From NCBI GenBank assembly GCA_040954595.2, contig CM082593.2, forward strand, positions 4,357,434-4,421,433: a DNA stretch of 64,000 nucleotides. The letters run 5' to 3'. Under the pieces are notes generated by a model. The model was not told the origin of the DNA and ran no database searches. It was given only the letters and a program-made list of their open reading frames with translations. Made by a program: the position numbers and the translations under genes. Shown in pieces: positions 62,601 through 64,000 of the stretch (position 1 is its first letter; each line of letters begins with the position of its first letter). The DNA comes from Balanoglossus misakiensis. Lineage: Eukaryota; Animalia; Hemichordata.

Positions 62601-64000
62601 CTCCTTGATGGACTTGTAAGTGTTCCGCAGGAATTTCTCCATCAGCGTTGCAATCCATATTGTCTGCAAGAGTGATAAGAGTCCCTTTCCAGGTAGTAAC
62701 CGTAGAAAGAGATGGCCTTCATCTTTTCTGTCATTTGAGAGAAACATGGTACATACATTGTGTGTAGCTAGCAATTGCAATTTGAAGAGAAATAACGCTA
62801 CATGCAATTTGATCGCAAATGACTGTTTTAGTAAATGACTGTCACATTACGAGAGCAGGTAAATATGAGAATTTTGTGTGGACATTTTATGTTTGAAAGT
62901 ACATGTAGCTGATAATGCTCTGGAGGTGAGCATGGGTCTTTATTTCGACATAGATGTTTAATTTAAATGACAGGTATAAATAGTTGGCTTTGCCTGGCTT
63001 TATGTAGGTCATCAATGGCACAGCTCTGATTTTGTATCATAAATAGGGATACTTATATAGGTCAAATCAGGAGAAGGCCATTATCGCTGTGATCAAAAGG
63101 GGAAACAAAGAAAAGAAATTGACAGTGGGTTTCCCTGTATGCAACACAGCTGTGTCTCGCAAGGCTGTTAGTGTACCTGTTGTATCTGTGAATGACCCCA
63201 TCAAGCTGTTCTCCACTGCCGCTATTCAGTCGCATCTTCTTGACACACAAAACCAAATCAAGCCATATGAGTCATCATCCAACAGCCGTCAAGTGAAGAG
63301 CTGACAGTTGCTGTGCGTCTCAGATTATCTGCTGGGAACAGTTCATTAAACATAAAGACACATCGCCGTGCCGTAAGATTGTCCTCCTTGAGTTTCCTGG
63401 CGAAGATATGATCCTCAATAACCTGTGTTTTATTCCGAGTTTGGTTACCAAGGTAACAGCAGAGGACAAGGTCGATATAGTTGACATTGCCGTAGGCGCG
63501 TTCGATTACAGATTTCGTGCTCGCCTTGCTTGTCAAGCGCAGGTTCTTGAAAGATGTTTAGCAGGGCAGACTGACTTAAAAAATAACATGGTTGCTAAAT
63601 TTATTCGAAAAATAACGTTTTTGCGTGAAATAGAGTAGCATATAAATATAATTTTATATCACAAATTATGTGATTGATGAGGTTAGGTACAAAATGAATA
63701 TGCATGCGCATCGTAGTTTGTTTAGCAAAATGACACACAGCAAGGCAGTTAATGCAGGTCCTGTAAAGTGAAGGACTCGACTGATGTGTTTTAATTTGAG
63801 TGTGGAGCTTGTGTGTGACTGGGCCGCATTTAGTGTGGGTCATTTCTTAGGTAGGCAGACAGGACTGGGACAAATGTTAATAGACGGTTTACGAGAAATC
63901 CTGGAGTTATGAAGCTCATTCATACCTATTTAAACGCCATTGGGACTGGCCAGATCTGTGATTTGTTTCCAACTGTGGAACTTTATTTGCATCAGAACCG

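Overview
This is eukaryotic (animal) genomic DNA, AT-rich and intron-dominated. The repeat style and CpG mosaic suggest an invertebrate deuterostome, but that is inference. Most entries in the ORF track are noise. The main content is a complete 8-exon synaptotagmin-15-like gene on the + strand (coding exons 18407-18452, 24750-24942, 27678-27868, 31295-31602, 33998-34168, 34854-34974, 35167-35349, 36279-36406). All splice phases are compatible, giving 1341 nt / 446 aa: short N-terminus, one TM helix, linker, C2A and C2B. Intron 4 needs a non-canonical GC donor, and the 3'UTR probably runs about 2.3 kb. A second + strand gene probably starts at 43303 with a signal-peptide-like first exon in a CpG-rich promoter. 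No firm second exon is visible in the remaining ~20 kb. The rest is microsatellites, small palindromic MITE-like elements, degenerate SINE/LINE fragments and clusters of CRE, octamer and RFX motifs. I found no prokaryotic-type system and no convincing wholly new system. The best leads are a candidate TM-less alternative exon of the synaptotagmin, the GC-AG intron, the C2 Ca2+-ligand pattern and the motif clustering.
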